A stretch of 64,000 nt of DNA from an uncultured Verrucomicrobiae bacterium (lineage in GTDB: Bacteria > Verrucomicrobiota > Verrucomicrobiia > Limisphaerales > Palsa-1400): the NCBI GenBank assembly GCA_963707025.1, contig CAVPOM010000018.1, forward strand, positions 384,001 to 448,000. The letters are read 5' to 3'. The notes beneath the pieces are model-generated. The model was given only the letters and a program-made list of their open reading frames with translations. It searched no databases and was not told where the DNA came from. Below, piece by piece: positions 41,724 through 53,256 of the stretch (position 1 is the stretch's first letter; every line of letters starts with the position of its first letter). A program made the position numbers and the translations under genes.

Positions 41724-43787
41724 TCACGCCGGCATGTTTGATTTCGGAGCCATCGCTGCCCGGGCCAGCTCGAGAACGTCGAACGCGGGCGGCCCCGCGG
41801 CAATTTCCTCTTTTGCGTTGGCAATCATGACCATGCAAAACGGGCAGGCGACCGCCACCTTGTCCGCGCCCATGTCCGCTATCTCGCGCATGCGCGTCTG
41901 GTTGATCCGGCTGCCCAGCTTCTCTTCCATCCACATTCGGCCACCGCCCGCGCCGCAACAAAGCCCCTCTTCCCTCGAACGGGCCATCTCTTTGAGTTTA
42001 AGCCCCGGAATTGCCTCGAGAATCTGGCGGGGGGCGTCATAAACCTGATTATAGCGACCGAGGTAACACGGGTCGTGGAAAGTGACCGTTTCCGGAATCT
42101 CCCTCTCGAACACCGCGCGGCCCTGTGCCACGAGTTCCGCGACCAGTTGGCTGCCATGGGCGACCTCGTAATTTCCCCCGAACTGGGGATATTCATGCTT
42201 CAGGCAGTTGAAGCAATGCGGACAATTTGTGACAATTTTTTTCACCCCGTAGCCATTCAACGTTTGGATGTTTTGTCGGGCCAGCGTCTGGAAGAGATAC
42301 TCGTTGCCCATGCGGCGCGCGGAATCTCCAGTGCATGTTTCCTCAGTGCCAAGAATCGCGAACTTGACTCCCGCGCGGTCGAGGATTTCGGCGAGAGCCA
42401 CTGAAACTCGCTTCGCGCGGTCGTCGTAGCTGCCGGCGCAACCGACCCAGAACAGGTATTCGATGTTTCCCTTGCCTGCCTCGGCCATGGTGACGACCGG
42501 CAGTTCTTTGGCCCAGTCCGCTCGCGATGCCGTGCCGATTCCCCAGGGATTGCCGTTGGTTTCCATCCCGCGAAAAGCCGTTTGCATCTCCTTCGGGAAT
42601 TCCGCGCGTTCCAGTACCAGGTGACGCCGCATCTCGACGATTTTATCAACCGCGGGAAGGATGAACACCGGACAAACCGATGTGCAGTATCCACATGTGG
42701 TGCAGGCCCAGATTGTATCTTCGGAAATCCAACCGCCAATCAGGGACTTCGCGGCTTGCTCCGGAATCGGCTGTCCGTCTCCGCCAGCCGGCCGGTCCAT
42801 GGCGCGAGCAAGCAGTCGTGGCGTGTCCGCGTAGAACGCGTCGCGGAAGGCTTGGATAAAGTTTTTGGGATCGAGCGGCTTGCCGGTCAGGGCGGTTGGG
42901 CAGCCCACGCGACAACGGCCGCATTCCGTGCAGGCGTAGCCGTCGAGCAGCGCCTTCCAACTGAAGTCCTCGACCCTGGAGGCCCCAAACTTTTCAGCGC
43001 TTTCAAGATTGATGGCCGGAAGTTGTCCCATTGGGGAGAGCTGCTGCGCGAAGATGTTCGGGATCGCCGTGATGACATGGAAGTGCTTGGAGTAAGGCAG
43101 GTAGTTGGCGAAGAAGAATATGTCAATCAAGTGAACCCACCAACAGAACGCGAAGAGGCTGTGCAAGGACGGAGCCGGGAATCGAGCCAGCACCAGGGCC
43201 AGCGCTCCGGCTCCTGGAGACCACCATCCCCCTCGTGAAGGGTTGAGCGCGATCCGTGAAGCATCGGCCAGCAGGTCCGTGACGATGAGGAGGCCGATCA
43301 GGAACAGGATGAACCAGGCGTCGAACGAAAGGTCAAGCCTCTTCGGCTGCGCCATGGCCCGCCGGTACACCGCCATCGCAACTCCGACCAGGACGAAGAG
43401 CTCGACCAGGTCCTTCGCCCAGTTGCAAGCATGCCCGAACCGTCCGGTGAAGATCTCGAAACCCGGCACAAATCCTTCGACGGTGAGCGCCGCGGTTCGC
43501 ACGGTCAGAAGGACGAAACCCGAAAAGATAAGAATATGCATGATCCCGGCGTAGGGGTCCTTGAACATTCTCAATTGCAGAAGGGCGTACTGGAGGGTCC
43601 GCCAGCTTCGTGTGAACACGCGGTCGAAACGGTTCTCGCGCGTTCCGAGCGCGATCGCCCGGAAGCGGCGGGAGATCGAGCAGGAAAACGCTCCAAACGC
43701 GAGCGCGACGAGAATGCCGAAGAGCAGGATTCCGGATACTCCGAAATAGCTCTGGGCCGTGGGCGCTATGAGGTTATCCGTCATCAC
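41724..43787 (-). CDS. fadF: Membrane-bound Fe-S oxidoreductase (FadF / ETF:quinone oxidoreductase type)
   Basis: N-terminal TM helices with SKHFH, CTECGRC..CP and CTTCGYC..CP 4Fe-4S motifs, [24 protein letters not shown]. Confidence 0.9.
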   Translation of the reverse strand: MMTDNLIAPTAQSYFGVSGILLFGILVALAFGAFSCSISRRFRAIALGTRENRFDRVFTRSWRTLQYALLQLRMFKDPYAGIMHILIFSGFVLLTVRTAALTVEGFVPGFEIFTGRFGHACNWAKDLVELFVLVGVAMAVYRRAMAQPKRLDLSFDAWFILFLIGLLIVTDLLADASRIALNPSRGGWWSPGAGALALVLARFPAPSLHSLFAFCWWVHLIDIFFFANYLPYSKHFHVITAIPNIFAQQLSPMGQLPAINLESAEKFGASRVEDFSWKALLDGYACTECGRCRVGCPTALTGKPLDPKNFIQAFRDAFYADTPRLLARAMDRPAGGDGQPIPEQAAKSLIGGWISEDTIWACTTCGYCTSVCPVFILPAVDKIVEMRRHLVLERAEFPKEMQTAFRGMETNGNPWGIGTASRADWAKELPVVTMAEAGKGNIEYLFWVGCAGSYDDRAKRVSVALAEILDRAGVKFAILGTEETCTGDSARRMGNEYLFQTLARQNIQTLNGYGVKKIVTNCPHCFNCLKHEYPQFGGNYEVAHGSQLVAELVAQGRAVFEREIPETVTFHDPCYLGRYNQVYDAPRQILEAIPGLKLKEMARSREEGLCCGAGGGRMWMEEKLGSRINQTRMREIADMGADKVAVACPFCMVMIANAKEEIAAGPPAFDVLELARAAMAPKSNMPA

Positions 43788-44839
43788 TGCGCTCTTCCAT
43801 CCGCGTAGAAGCCCCGGCCGGGACTGTCGCCCGGACCAGCGGAACCGCCCTTGTCTTCATTTCTTTGCTCCGCCTTAATCGCGCGCACAGCCTTCGTGAA
43901 TTCCGGCACAAAGGAAAACAAGTCCGCCACCACACCATAGGTGGCCACCTTGAAAATCGGAGCATCTGCGTCCTTATTGATCGCCACGATCACCTTCAAC
44001 GTCCCCATGCCCGCAAGGTGCTGGATGGCGCCGGAGATTCCGATTGCGACGTAAAGCGTCGGCGAGACGACTTTTCCCGTTTGGCCCACCTGGTATTGAT
44101 GGTCAATCCACCCCGCGTCCACGGGCGCCCGCGACGCTCCGGCCGCCGCGCCTGCGCCCATGGCCTCCACGAGGTCCCGGAGGATCGGCCAATTCTCCGG
44201 CCGCTTGATGCCGCGCCCTGCCGAAACCACGATGGCCGCCTCGGTAACGTCAAGCTCTTTGCCGGCGGTGGTCTCCACGTTCGTGACGCGTGCCCCGATT
44301 TCGAGTTTGCCGAGGTCGAGCATTTCGATCTTCGGAACGGCCGCGTCTTCCTTGGGATCCGCGGGAAAAATGTTCGGCCGGACGGTCACAACCTGAAGCG
44401 GCGCCGCGCCGCAATCAACGGTCGCCCGCGCCTTGCCCGAATAGACGGGCCGTTTGGCGACGAGTTGATTGCCTTCGACCTGGAGATCTATGACATCCAC
44501 AAGAACGCCGACGCCGTTACGTGCGGCGAAGCGGGGCGCCAGGTCCTTTCCCATCGCGGTCGCCGCGATTAACACAGCGTCGGCGCCTGCGGCTTTTCGG
44601 GCGGCGTCGAGCGCGGAGGCGTATCCCTGGCTGGAGTAAAGCGCAAGCTCATGCCGGTCGGCGACGTACACGACTTCCGCGCCGTATTTCGAGAGCACCC
44701 GGGCGGCGTCCGCGACGCCGTGGCCCGCCACGATGGCGGCAACCGGCCCGCCGGCCAGGCGCGAGGCGAGCCGCACGGCTTCGAGCGAGGCTCTGCGGAT
44801 CTGGCCTTCACGTTGCTCGACAAAGACGAGAAACTTCAT
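43784..44839 (-). CDS. etfA: Electron transfer flavoprotein alpha subunit
   Basis: [35 protein letters not shown]. Confidence 0.95.
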   Translation of the reverse strand: MKFLVFVEQREGQIRRASLEAVRLASRLAGGPVAAIVAGHGVADAARVLSKYGAEVVYVADRHELALYSSQGYASALDAARKAAGADAVLIAATAMGKDLAPRFAARNGVGVLVDVIDLQVEGNQLVAKRPVYSGKARATVDCGAAPLQVVTVRPNIFPADPKEDAAVPKIEMLDLGKLEIGARVTNVETTAGKELDVTEAAIVVSAGRGIKRPENWPILRDLVEAMGAGAAAGASRAPVDAGWIDHQYQVGQTGKVVSPTLYVAIGISGAIQHLAGMGTLKVIVAINKDADAPIFKVATYGVVADLFSFVPEFTKAVRAIKAEQRNEDKGGSAGPGDSPGRGFYADGRAQ

Positions 44840-44840
44840 G

Positions 44841-45631
44841 TCAGATCACCTTCGCTTCCTCACGCAGTATCCGCGCCAGCACCCGCGCCGCCGCCGCCGG
44901 ATCGGCCGCCGCTCCATCCGCCGAGGACTTTGCGTCGCCTCCGGGCACGAAGCAGCAGGGTTTTGGCGGCGGCGGAAGTTCGAGCCGGCGCACATTGGTT
45001 ACGGGCGCGAATGCCACCGCCGGCTTCTCCCGCATCGGCTTCTTTCTGGCCGCCATGATTCCTTTAAGCGACGCGTACCGTGGCTCGCTTAATCCCTTCT
45101 GCGCTGTCAGAACGCAGGGAACCGAGGTTTCCACACGTTCATGAGCCCCTTCGATTTCCCGCTCGCAAACGAGCGAGCTGTCCGCCATCTCGAATTTTAC
45201 GACATCCCCCACATGGGGAAGGCCCAGCAGCTCAGCCGTCATCGGTCCGACGACGGACTCATCCCACCCGGCGCCTTTTTGGCCGAACCAGAGGAGATCG
45301 AATTTGCCTTCGCCATAAACGGCCGCGATGTTCCTGGCCACACCGAGGGCGTCCAGATCGCCTCCTCGGGCCGTCCGCACCCACACTGCCTCGTCAGCGC
45401 CGCGTGCGAGACATTCCAGCAGGCCGGATTTGACGCGCTCGGCGCCAACCGAAGTGACCGTCACCGAGCCACCCCGCGACTCTTTCAGCTTGATCGCCTC
45501 CTCCAGCGCCAGCTCGTCATACGGAGAGATGATCCACCTCACGTCGCTCTCATCAATCGTTTTGCCATCGGCGGCAATCTTAACCTTGTCTCGGTGTCAG
45601 GGACGTACGCTATGCAAACCAGTGAATTCAC
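44841..45631 (-). CDS. etfB: Electron transfer flavoprotein beta subunit; frameshift (one A missing) at ~45586
   Basis: GTG start MNSLVCIAYVPDTET then KVKIAADG..SPYDELALEEA, ARGAD, EPRYASLKGIM. Confidence 0.92.
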
Positions 45632-45695
45632 CTGTTAGGAAATTGTTCTGCCAACCATCTTCCCCAATCCTGTTTCCCCCGGGACCTCGCAAGCA

Positions 45696-47297
45696 TCAGG
45701 GGAAGTCTCCCCGCCTGAACGCTTCGATAATTCCATCAGCCGTCCTCGTAGCCAGCGCGGAGATGGTCAACGCGGGGTTTGCCGCACCCCCGGTCACCCA
45801 AACACTGCCGTCCCCTATGAACAGATTGGGCACGTCATGCGTGCGGCACCACGGATCCACAACCGATGTCCTTGGGTCCTTGCCCATTCTGCAGGTGCCG
45901 AGGTAGTGCGAGGAAGCCCCGGCAATGATTTCGCCCACGGTTATGTTGCGCGCCCCGGCGGCTTCGAGTATCTCGCGGAGTTTGGACGAAATCGCGCCGA
46001 TCATGGCCAGGTCATTCGCGCCGTGGGTGTTGACAATCTGCGGCACGGGCAATCCATAAATATCTTTTACAACTGGATCGAGCCTGACCTGATTGCGCTC
46101 GTCCGGCAATTGTTCCCCGTCGGTAGCAAGGCCCACCATGTGTCCGAAGCGTTCCTTGACCTGCGCCTTGTGTTCAGCCCCCCAACCGGGGATGGAACGT
46201 GCCGTGGCCAGAGGCCATTGCGGCTCATTCTCCACGGAAATAGTCCATCCGCGCGCGAAACCGTTCCTGGAATTGGTTTCATAGAAATCCTGCATGATGC
46301 CGCCCGTCGGGACCCCGCGCCAGGAATCCAGGCGCTCGGAGAAGATCCCATGCGAAAACACCGACAAGTGTTCCATAAAGTATTTGCCTGCCAGTCCACT
46401 GGAATTGGCCAGCCCATCAGGAAATAAGCGCGAGGTGCTTAATAGCAGAAGGCGAGTGGTCTCGACCGCATTACCCGCCACCACAATCACGCGTCCAAAA
46501 ACCTCCTTTTCGTGCCCTTCCGCGTCAAAGTAGATCACGCTGCGCGCTCTGTCCTTGAGCCCAACCGTGATTCTCCGGGCCATGCATTCGGTGCGGATGG
46601 ATACCCGGCCAGTCCGTTCCGCCTTGGGAATGTAAGTGACATCAATGCTTGATTTCGCCGAGATTTTGCAGCCCAGGCTGCAGGTCCCGGCGCCGTTGCA
46701 GGCCGGTCGGCCGTTCCAATCCTTGGTGGGGATGGCCAGCGGTTCTCGCACCAGGTGCAATCCCAACCTTTCCGCACCGCGTCTCACCGCGCCGCTGGCC
46801 AGGTTGAATCCGTGTGGCGGAGTAGGGTACGGTCGCGAACGGGGCGGATCGAAGGGGTTGGCGTCGGCGCCATCCGGCCCCGAAACACCCAGCTCGTACT
46901 CGACTTTTGTATAGTAAGGTTCCAGATCGGCGTAGCTGATCGGCCAATCGTCCGCCACTCCGTCCTGGCTTCGCACTCGAAAGTCGGATTCATGGAGCCT
47001 GGGCGTCATGGCGTGGTAGCACAGCGTTGAACCACCGACCCCCTTGACGCGATGATAGGAGAACCGGTTTTTGCCGCCGGAGGTGTATTGATCCCGGCGT
47101 GGATCTTTGGGCGCAAAAACGTCAGCCGCGCGAACCTCAAAATCAATGGCACTTGTGTGGTAGTCGTTATAAGGATCGTAGCGCCTTCCGGCTTCCAGTA
47201 CAATGACTTCCAGTCCTGCTTCCCCCAACTGCTTGGCCATGACCCCGCCTCCGGCGCCTGAGCCGATCACTATGACATCTGCGCTGTCCTTTGTCAT
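45696..47297 (-). CDS. GMC-family FAD oxidoreductase (large subunit)
   Basis: VIGSGAGG, VGGST, WPISY, C..C...C, HYLGTCRMG, ANPALT. Confidence 0.95.
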   Translation of the reverse strand: MTKDSADVIVIGSGAGGGVMAKQLGEAGLEVIVLEAGRRYDPYNDYHTSAIDFEVRAADVFAPKDPRRDQYTSGGKNRFSYHRVKGVGGSTLCYHAMTPRLHESDFRVRSQDGVADDWPISYADLEPYYTKVEYELGVSGPDGADANPFDPPRSRPYPTPPHGFNLASGAVRRGAERLGLHLVREPLAIPTKDWNGRPACNGAGTCSLGCKISAKSSIDVTYIPKAERTGRVSIRTECMARRITVGLKDRARSVIYFDAEGHEKEVFGRVIVVAGNAVETTRLLLLSTSRLFPDGLANSSGLAGKYFMEHLSVFSHGIFSERLDSWRGVPTGGIMQDFYETNSRNGFARGWTISVENEPQWPLATARSIPGWGAEHKAQVKERFGHMVGLATDGEQLPDERNQVRLDPVVKDIYGLPVPQIVNTHGANDLAMIGAISSKLREILEAAGARNITVGEIIAGASSHYLGTCRMGKDPRTSVVDPWCRTHDVPNLFIGDGSVWVTGGAANPALTISALATRTADGIIEAFRRGDFP

Positions 47298-47341
47298 GCT
47301 ACACAGCTTACAGCACCTGCGGAAGCGCGCACATTTGATGC

Positions 47342-48740
47342 TTATGATCTTCCGGTGTGTCGGCCAGCTTGCGCACCCATAATCTTGTCATACTGCAAAT
47401 CGAGCGCTTGGCGGAAAAGCAGAGCAGCAGAACGGAGGCGGGCCGCCTCCCGCTGGCGGGCGGCTTGCAGTGCCTCAAACCGTTCGATGAACGCGTCGAG
47501 TTTCAATGCATTGATATCGAGGCAATACCCGCTCTGTTTCACGCTTTTCATGTGTGCATCCACCTTGCGGTCGAAAGAAATGGCCAGCACGGGTATGGCG
47601 ATGAGGTGTGACAGGATAACGCCGTGGAGCCTGCTCGCGATGATCAAATCGGCCTGCCCAATTCCTTCCAAATGATTATCAACGCTCTGCTCGAACGGAC
47701 CCGGAAGCGTCAGAATCGCATCGGGGTCTCTTGGGATGCCAGAGATGCCGGTTAGGACATCCTTAATGGTTTCGAGATCGGGGCTGTCCGTCGCGAAGAC
47801 AATCAACCGATGCCCTTCCTTTAAGAGCCACTTCACCATCTCCGTAAATTGGCTGAGGTATGCGCCATAACGGCGTTCATCGCTCTCAGGCCAAACTCTC
47901 GGGTCGCAATAGGCGATGGGACTAACCCCAACCACGAGGCGGCCAGCTCGCCGGGCGCCGGTCTCTGCGGTGTGGATCGTTGGAGCGGGATAGCTAAAGG
48001 CCAAATCTGGAAACACGGGATCGTTGGACGCGTTGATCAAAGCTTGGACGGCGATCTTCGAAATCCGGGTCCCTGTAGGAACGGTAAGCCGCCAGTCTCA
48101 GGGCGATGCGGACGAAGAAACGACTGAGCGGATGTTCCAGCGAGCATTTCCCCACGCTTACAAACAGAAATGGAACTCGATAAATTCTGCTCAGGACACT
48201 CCATTTCAACAAGGACCAGGGATGCCCCCAAGGGCCGCCCCAAAACTCGTCCAAAGCGCCCCCACCCGGGATAATGACAGCATCTAATCTCCGAACAACG
48301 CGCGTCGCCGCCGCAATATGGGCCAGTTCCCGGCTCCACATGCGCACAGTTTTTACAAGAATCACCAACAACGGAATCCGCTTCAACCATTGCTTAATCC
48401 GCCCGCTCCCGCGGGCTTTCCCTTCGCGGGTTTGGGAACTGCTTGGACTGTCTTGGTAATAGTGGAGGCGGGAACCCGCTGCCAGCGGGAAAGCCTCAAA
48501 TCCGTAGCGACGGCGGGTTTGCTCCAGGCTCAGAGTGATTCCCACAAACTCCACGGCCGGGATCCGATTGGATATGTTCAAAATCACAGAAGAAAGGATT
48601 GTGGTATTTCCCAAATTGCCTCCTGACCAGGGGCTGAGAAGAGCCAATCTCCTAACCGGCCGGCTCAGGACAAACGAGCGGCTCTCATTCTGCGCACATT
48701 CCTCGATTCCTTTGCTGCAAGTTTGAGACACTTCTGCCAT
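47342..48740 (-). CDS. Polysaccharide pyruvyl transferase family; +1 frameshift at ~48062
   Basis: GNLG, PGGG, SYRD, PDLAF, SRLHG; removing one T gives YRDPDSKIAVQALIN. Confidence 0.87.
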
Positions 48741-48755
48741 AAAGGTGCTTGCGCC

Positions 48756-49457
48756 TCAGCGCGGCTGCGTAAGATTTGCATATCCCTTTTCCATGGGAGG
48801 TCCGTCATACTCCAACCAGGTCCAACTCACACGGCTGGTATAGAATATCTGGATACAATCGTCCCTGATCATCGGATACAACATTGCGGCGAAATACATT
48901 CCTTTCCCGGCTTGCGTGACGGCCCGAAGCCTGCGGCCTGCCTTCAGGATTGGAGATGCCGCCGCCGTCCAGCTATCATGCAACTCCTGGGCCGCCCGAA
49001 ACAAGCTGGTCTGTTGCTCCGCCGGCAGCCCGGCAAACTTGCATCCGTGCTGCCTGACCGCCCAAATATCGAAGGATAGCAGGCCGCGCGAATAGAAGTG
49101 CTGCCGGTCCGGGCCTTCCCCGATCATCTTGTCGAGCAAGGCAACGGCGCTGGGGCCAAATATGCAGATCTCGTCAATTCCGGGAGATCCTTCCTCCGAC
49201 GGAATGATTATTCTGGCCAAGGCTTCGGCGACTGCCGTCTCCTCCGGCGTAAGCCAGTGCAGGGAATCCCCTCCTCGCGCGGAATTCCGCAGGTCAAGCT
49301 CCTTGTTAAAACCCCTCGACGCCAAAGCAAGACAAGCATCAAGAAGCCTCTTAATAGCCGCAATCCCCAGCATTCTCAAACGCCTCATAGTCGCTTCCAT
49401 GGTCGGGCGTCGCAGCCCGTGCTCAAACCATCCGCTCCACTGTTCTCTGGAGGCCAT
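48756..49457 (-). CDS. Gluconate 2-dehydrogenase subunit-3-like small partner of the GMC enzyme; start uncertain
   Basis: ALARIIIPSE..SPG, F..L..EQQ, FYTS....L.YDGP. Confidence 0.75.
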   Translation of the reverse strand: MASREQWSGWFEHGLRRPTMEATMRRLRMLGIAAIKRLLDACLALASRGFNKELDLRNSARGGDSLHWLTPEETAVAEALARIIIPSEEGSPGIDEICIFGPSAVALLDKMIGEGPDRQHFYSRGLLSFDIWAVRQHGCKFAGLPAEQQTSLFRAAQELHDSWTAAASPILKAGRRLRAVTQAGKGMYFAAMLYPMIRDDCIQIFYTSRVSWTWLEYDGPPMEKGYANLTQPR

Positions 49458-49495
49458 TGGGATGCAGTCCTCCCGGAAGCGGCCAAATCTCCATA

Positions 49496-50243
49496 TCAGG
49501 CGCCACCTTTGACAAACACGAGATATTCGCTTTGCCCGGGCATCATAGGAGCAAAGAAACTCTCCCGCAGACGGCACTGTCGTCTGGCGAAGAAGTCTAT
49601 CAGCAGTGAGCGCGGCATCATGCATGGATAATAGACCTTGCCGGCGATCCATTTCTCGATCGTCGCATCCGGCATGCAGTTTTCCGAAACAATGTCAAAA
49701 ACAATCCAGCCCCCGCTCCGGGCAACGCGAATCATTTCACCAAAGGTACTGGCAGGTGACAACGAAGGGCAAATACACAAAGACCTTGTGCGCGTGAACC
49801 AAATCCACCGACCCGGTAACCGTGTCGCGCAGACTCGTCCCGTCCGCCGGATGGGCCGTGACATGATAACTGCGCGCCAGCCAATCAGACCACTCCTGGT
49901 CGGTTTCATATATTTGGTAGGAGCGCGGAGCGCACAAGAGCTGCACTTTTTCAAGATACCGGCCCGACCCAGGCCCGATTTCGCACACCTCTTGCACGTC
50001 CCTGCTCAGTATTCCACACGCCACGAGCTGGTCAATGGTTGATTGAGTTGCCCCAGGCACATGGAATTTTCGGTCAATGTAGTCTCCCACTGACAACCCA
50101 GCCTTGGTTGCCTCATCAAATGTCCTCCTAAAAGGTTGAAAGGACTTGATATGAGCCTGCTCGCCGGGACGTACCAACTGGAAACCAGCACGCGCCAGCA
50201 GGGCGTTAAGTTTCTTGCGCGCTGCTTGTCGAAATGTGGACAT
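49496..50243 (-). CDS. Class I SAM-dependent methyltransferase; +1 frameshift at ~49745
   Basis: EIGPGSGR, VDLVHA; removing one C gives CQYFGEMIRVARSGGWIVFD. Confidence 0.85.
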
Positions 50244-50375
50244 AATTTGCCTTCGCGGCCTGGAACCTAGACTCGCATCTCAAGGCCGCTGTAGGAGGCG
50301 AGGAAAGGCTGGCAAGCTTGTCATTGACCTCGCGGCCCAACGCCACAACGAGATCTTCCATTTGCTATGGCCAAT

Positions 50376-51641
50376 CTACGTCGCATTTTCCGCCGCGGAT
50401 GTGGCTCCTGCCCTAAGAGCGGGCCTCGAACCCGAAGCCGTGCGAATCTCCTGCCGGGTAACTTTCGGAAAGCAATTGGCGGCGCCGCGGACATCCTCTT
50501 CAGAACTGACATGAATGGCGGCGGCCGGCTCCCATCTGTCGTATTCACGTTGTGTATCATACCGGTAAACGAGGATGGAAGGGTGGAAAATGCCGTTGGC
50601 CAGATTCAAATGGAGTTCGAAGGTGCAGTAGTAAACGTCACCTTCGTCGAGGGAGAAATTACCGTGGCCGAGGCGTTCGGTGGAAGTGTCGAAAATGTTT
50701 TCGTGTTCGCTGTTGGTTATATAAATAGTGAGAGATAATTTGCTGCAGCGCGAGTGCGCACACAACTCAACGTCAATCCACGCTTTCTCGCCGGATTGAA
50801 AGTGCAGGCATTCTCCACTTTGATTGCGTACGGTGACTTTCGAGATTCTGACCGGAGTGCGCTCGGCATCCTCCGTGCGCGCGCTTCGAGACCGGGCCAG
50901 ATAGGCCGAAATGACCTCCTGCGGCGGGCCGATCGTGAGGGTGCGCCCTCTTTCCAGGAGCAGGCATGAATGGCAAAACTCGGCTATGTTTTTCAGGTTG
51001 TGTGAGACGAAGACAACGGCGGCGCCGCTTCGGATCACCTCGCTCATGCGCTCGACGCACTTGCGCTGGAAAACGTAGTCGCCGACGCTGAGAACCTCGT
51101 CCACAATCAACACATCCGGATTGACATGAGCGGCCACCGCAAAGCCCAGCCTGGCGTACATGCCCGAGGAGTAGCGTTTTACCGGGGTATCAATGAATTC
51201 TTCGAGCCCGGAGAAAGCGACGATCTGGTCGAGTTTCGATTTGATCTCGACCCTGTTCATGCCGAGGATCGTTCCGTGCAGGAAGATATTCTCCCTGCCA
51301 GTGAGGTCTTGATGGAAGCCTGCCGTCACTTCGATGAGCGCGGAGAGCCGCCCATTGACAAAGAACTGTCCTTTGGTGGGTTTCATGATCCGGCTGAGTA
51401 TTTTCAATGCCGTGCTCTTGCCCGCACCATTGTGCCCGATAAGGCCAAAGGCTTCTCCGCGCTTGACCTCAAACGAGATGTCCTGCAACGCCCAGAACTC
51501 CCGCCGGTCAGTCCCGCTCAGTTCCTGCCGGCGAAACATCCTGCCGGTTAATGCGGGTATCAGGTCGCGCAGGGAGTTGAAAACCTCGCCTTTGCGGAAC
51601 ATTTTGTACACATGCTCCATCCTGAGTGCAACATCAGACAT
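50376..51641 (-). CDS. wzt: ABC polysaccharide exporter ATPase with C-terminal carbohydrate-binding domain
   Basis: GHNGAGKST, YSSGMYARLGF, IVDEVLSVGD, ~150-aa C-terminal domain. Confidence 0.95.
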   Translation of the reverse strand: MSDVALRMEHVYKMFRKGEVFNSLRDLIPALTGRMFRRQELSGTDRREFWALQDISFEVKRGEAFGLIGHNGAGKSTALKILSRIMKPTKGQFFVNGRLSALIEVTAGFHQDLTGRENIFLHGTILGMNRVEIKSKLDQIVAFSGLEEFIDTPVKRYSSGMYARLGFAVAAHVNPDVLIVDEVLSVGDYVFQRKCVERMSEVIRSGAAVVFVSHNLKNIAEFCHSCLLLERGRTLTIGPPQEVISAYLARSRSARTEDAERTPVRISKVTVRNQSGECLHFQSGEKAWIDVELCAHSRCSKLSLTIYITNSEHENIFDTSTERLGHGNFSLDEGDVYYCTFELHLNLANGIFHPSILVYRYDTQREYDRWEPAAAIHVSSEEDVRGAANCFPKVTRQEIRTASGSRPALRAGATSAAENAT

Positions 51642-51651
51642 AAGTTCCCGG

Positions 51652-52437
51652 TCAAATGCTCTCCGCGAAGGCCGGCTCCAAGTGCTTGAAGAAAACGTAC
51701 CCACCGAGGAGAGTCACCATGGCGAAAGCAAGGCTGTAGCCAAGCCAAGACAGGTCCGGGCTTTGTTGCCGGGTAATGCAGGCGCTGAACCCTTCCAGAA
51801 TCGGGGCCGCCGGATTGAGCAACAACCATTTGCCTTTGTCGCCGAACATCCGTGCGTCGTAAAAGACCGGAGTAAAGAAGATCGCGAAGGTTAACACTGC
51901 CTCAACGATGTATTTCACGTCGCGGAAGAAAAGGCTGGCCGCCGATACGAACATTCCTATTCCAATGGCCAGCAGCACCATCGTCAAGAGCAGTATTGGA
52001 ACCCAGAGAAGAGCCACGCTCCAGCCGGTCTTGATCACAAGCAGCAGAATCACGAGGGCCGCGGACGCCACAATGAAGTCGAAGAGGCAGGCCAGCACTG
52101 CCGCCAAAGGAAAAATCTCCTTTGGAAAGTAAATCTTGGTCACCAACGCGGTGTTGTTAGTGAGGCTGCCGCAGCTAAATCGAATACCAGAGACCAGGAA
52201 TGCCCAGGGGACAGATTTCACGGCCACTCCGGCGATATCTGCCGTCTCCAGGTGTTTGCCCGCCACCAACGCGTACCCATAACGGACGATAATGCCAGCC
52301 ATAACGATGAGGGCTGGCATCAAAATCGCCCAGAGAAAACCCATCACCGACTGCTTGTACCGAACCTTAATATCGCGGTAGGTGATCATGTAGAGCAACT
52401 CGCGATGCTTGTATAATTCCCTCAGTTCTTCCTTCAT
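51652..52437 (-). CDS. wzm: ABC-2 polysaccharide exporter permease
   Basis: RDIKVRYKQSVMG, KIYFP, FRD, TPVFY, LNP. Confidence 0.95.
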   Translation of the reverse strand: MKEELRELYKHRELLYMITYRDIKVRYKQSVMGFLWAILMPALIVMAGIIVRYGYALVAGKHLETADIAGVAVKSVPWAFLVSGIRFSCGSLTNNTALVTKIYFPKEIFPLAAVLACLFDFIVASAALVILLLVIKTGWSVALLWVPILLLTMVLLAIGIGMFVSAASLFFRDVKYIVEAVLTFAIFFTPVFYDARMFGDKGKWLLLNPAAPILEGFSACITRQQSPDLSWLGYSLAFAMVTLLGGYVFFKHLEPAFAESI

Positions 52438-53231
52438 GTGCCGCTGAGTTTCTTCAACACGAAACGAGTCCGGATGTCACGCAGCACTGGAAAATCCAGG
52501 CGCATCCGGTTCAGCGCGGGCAAATCCAACTTGGCGGCAATGAGCGTTTCACCTCGCCCGGCCTCGGCCACCGTCTCGCCCCACGGATTCACGACCAGGC
52601 TGCCTCCGTCGTAATCATGTTGCGGGTCGCTGCCACAGCGATTCACTCCGATTGCGTAGGCTTGGCTTTCAATCGCCCGGGCGCGCAGCAGCGCCGTCCA
52701 ATGCGAATGTCTTTTGCCCGGCCAGTTGGCGATCACCACCAGCATGTTCGCGCCCCGTTGGACCGCCATCCGGGATATCTCCGGAAAGCGCAAATCGTAA
52801 CAAATGGATACCGCCACCTTAAATTTACCCCAGCGGAACAGGGTAACCGCCGCGCCCGGTGCATAATGCCGGGTTTCACCGCCCGGAGAGAACAGGTGCA
52901 ACTTGGCATAGCATGCAACGCGCCGGCCCGACGGGGCGATGCAGACTGCTTCATTACATATCCGGCCGCGGGAGGCTGATCGGGCCAGTCCGCCAAGGAC
53001 GAAGACACCCCTTTCCCGCGCCAGTTCGCGGAGGAAACCATCGGTCGGACCGTTGTCGTGTTCCGCCATGGCGCGCGCATTCATGGTGAAGCCAGTGGCG
53101 AACATCTCTGGCAGGACAAGGAGCGAGCCCGGGGAAAGTCTGTGTTTGTCCAGCAACGCCCGGATTCGTTTGAAGTTTTCGCCTTTGTTTTCCCAAGCGA
53201 TGTCAAGCTGGCAGCCGTAAATCTTCATCAT
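52434..53231 (-). CDS. Carbon-nitrogen hydrolase (omega-amidase-like)
   Basis: LPEMFATGF, YAKLHLF, ICYDLRFPE catalytic triad E-K-C. Confidence 0.92.
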   Translation of the reverse strand: MMKIYGCQLDIAWENKGENFKRIRALLDKHRLSPGSLLVLPEMFATGFTMNARAMAEHDNGPTDGFLRELARERGVFVLGGLARSASRGRICNEAVCIAPSGRRVACYAKLHLFSPGGETRHYAPGAAVTLFRWGKFKVAVSICYDLRFPEISRMAVQRGANMLVVIANWPGKRHSHWTALLRARAIESQAYAIGVNRCGSDPQHDYDGGSLVVNPWGETVAEAGRGETLIAAKLDLPALNRMRLDFPVLRDIRTRFVLKKLSGT

Positions 53232-53256
53232 TTCGGCCTGGGTTACAAATCACCAG

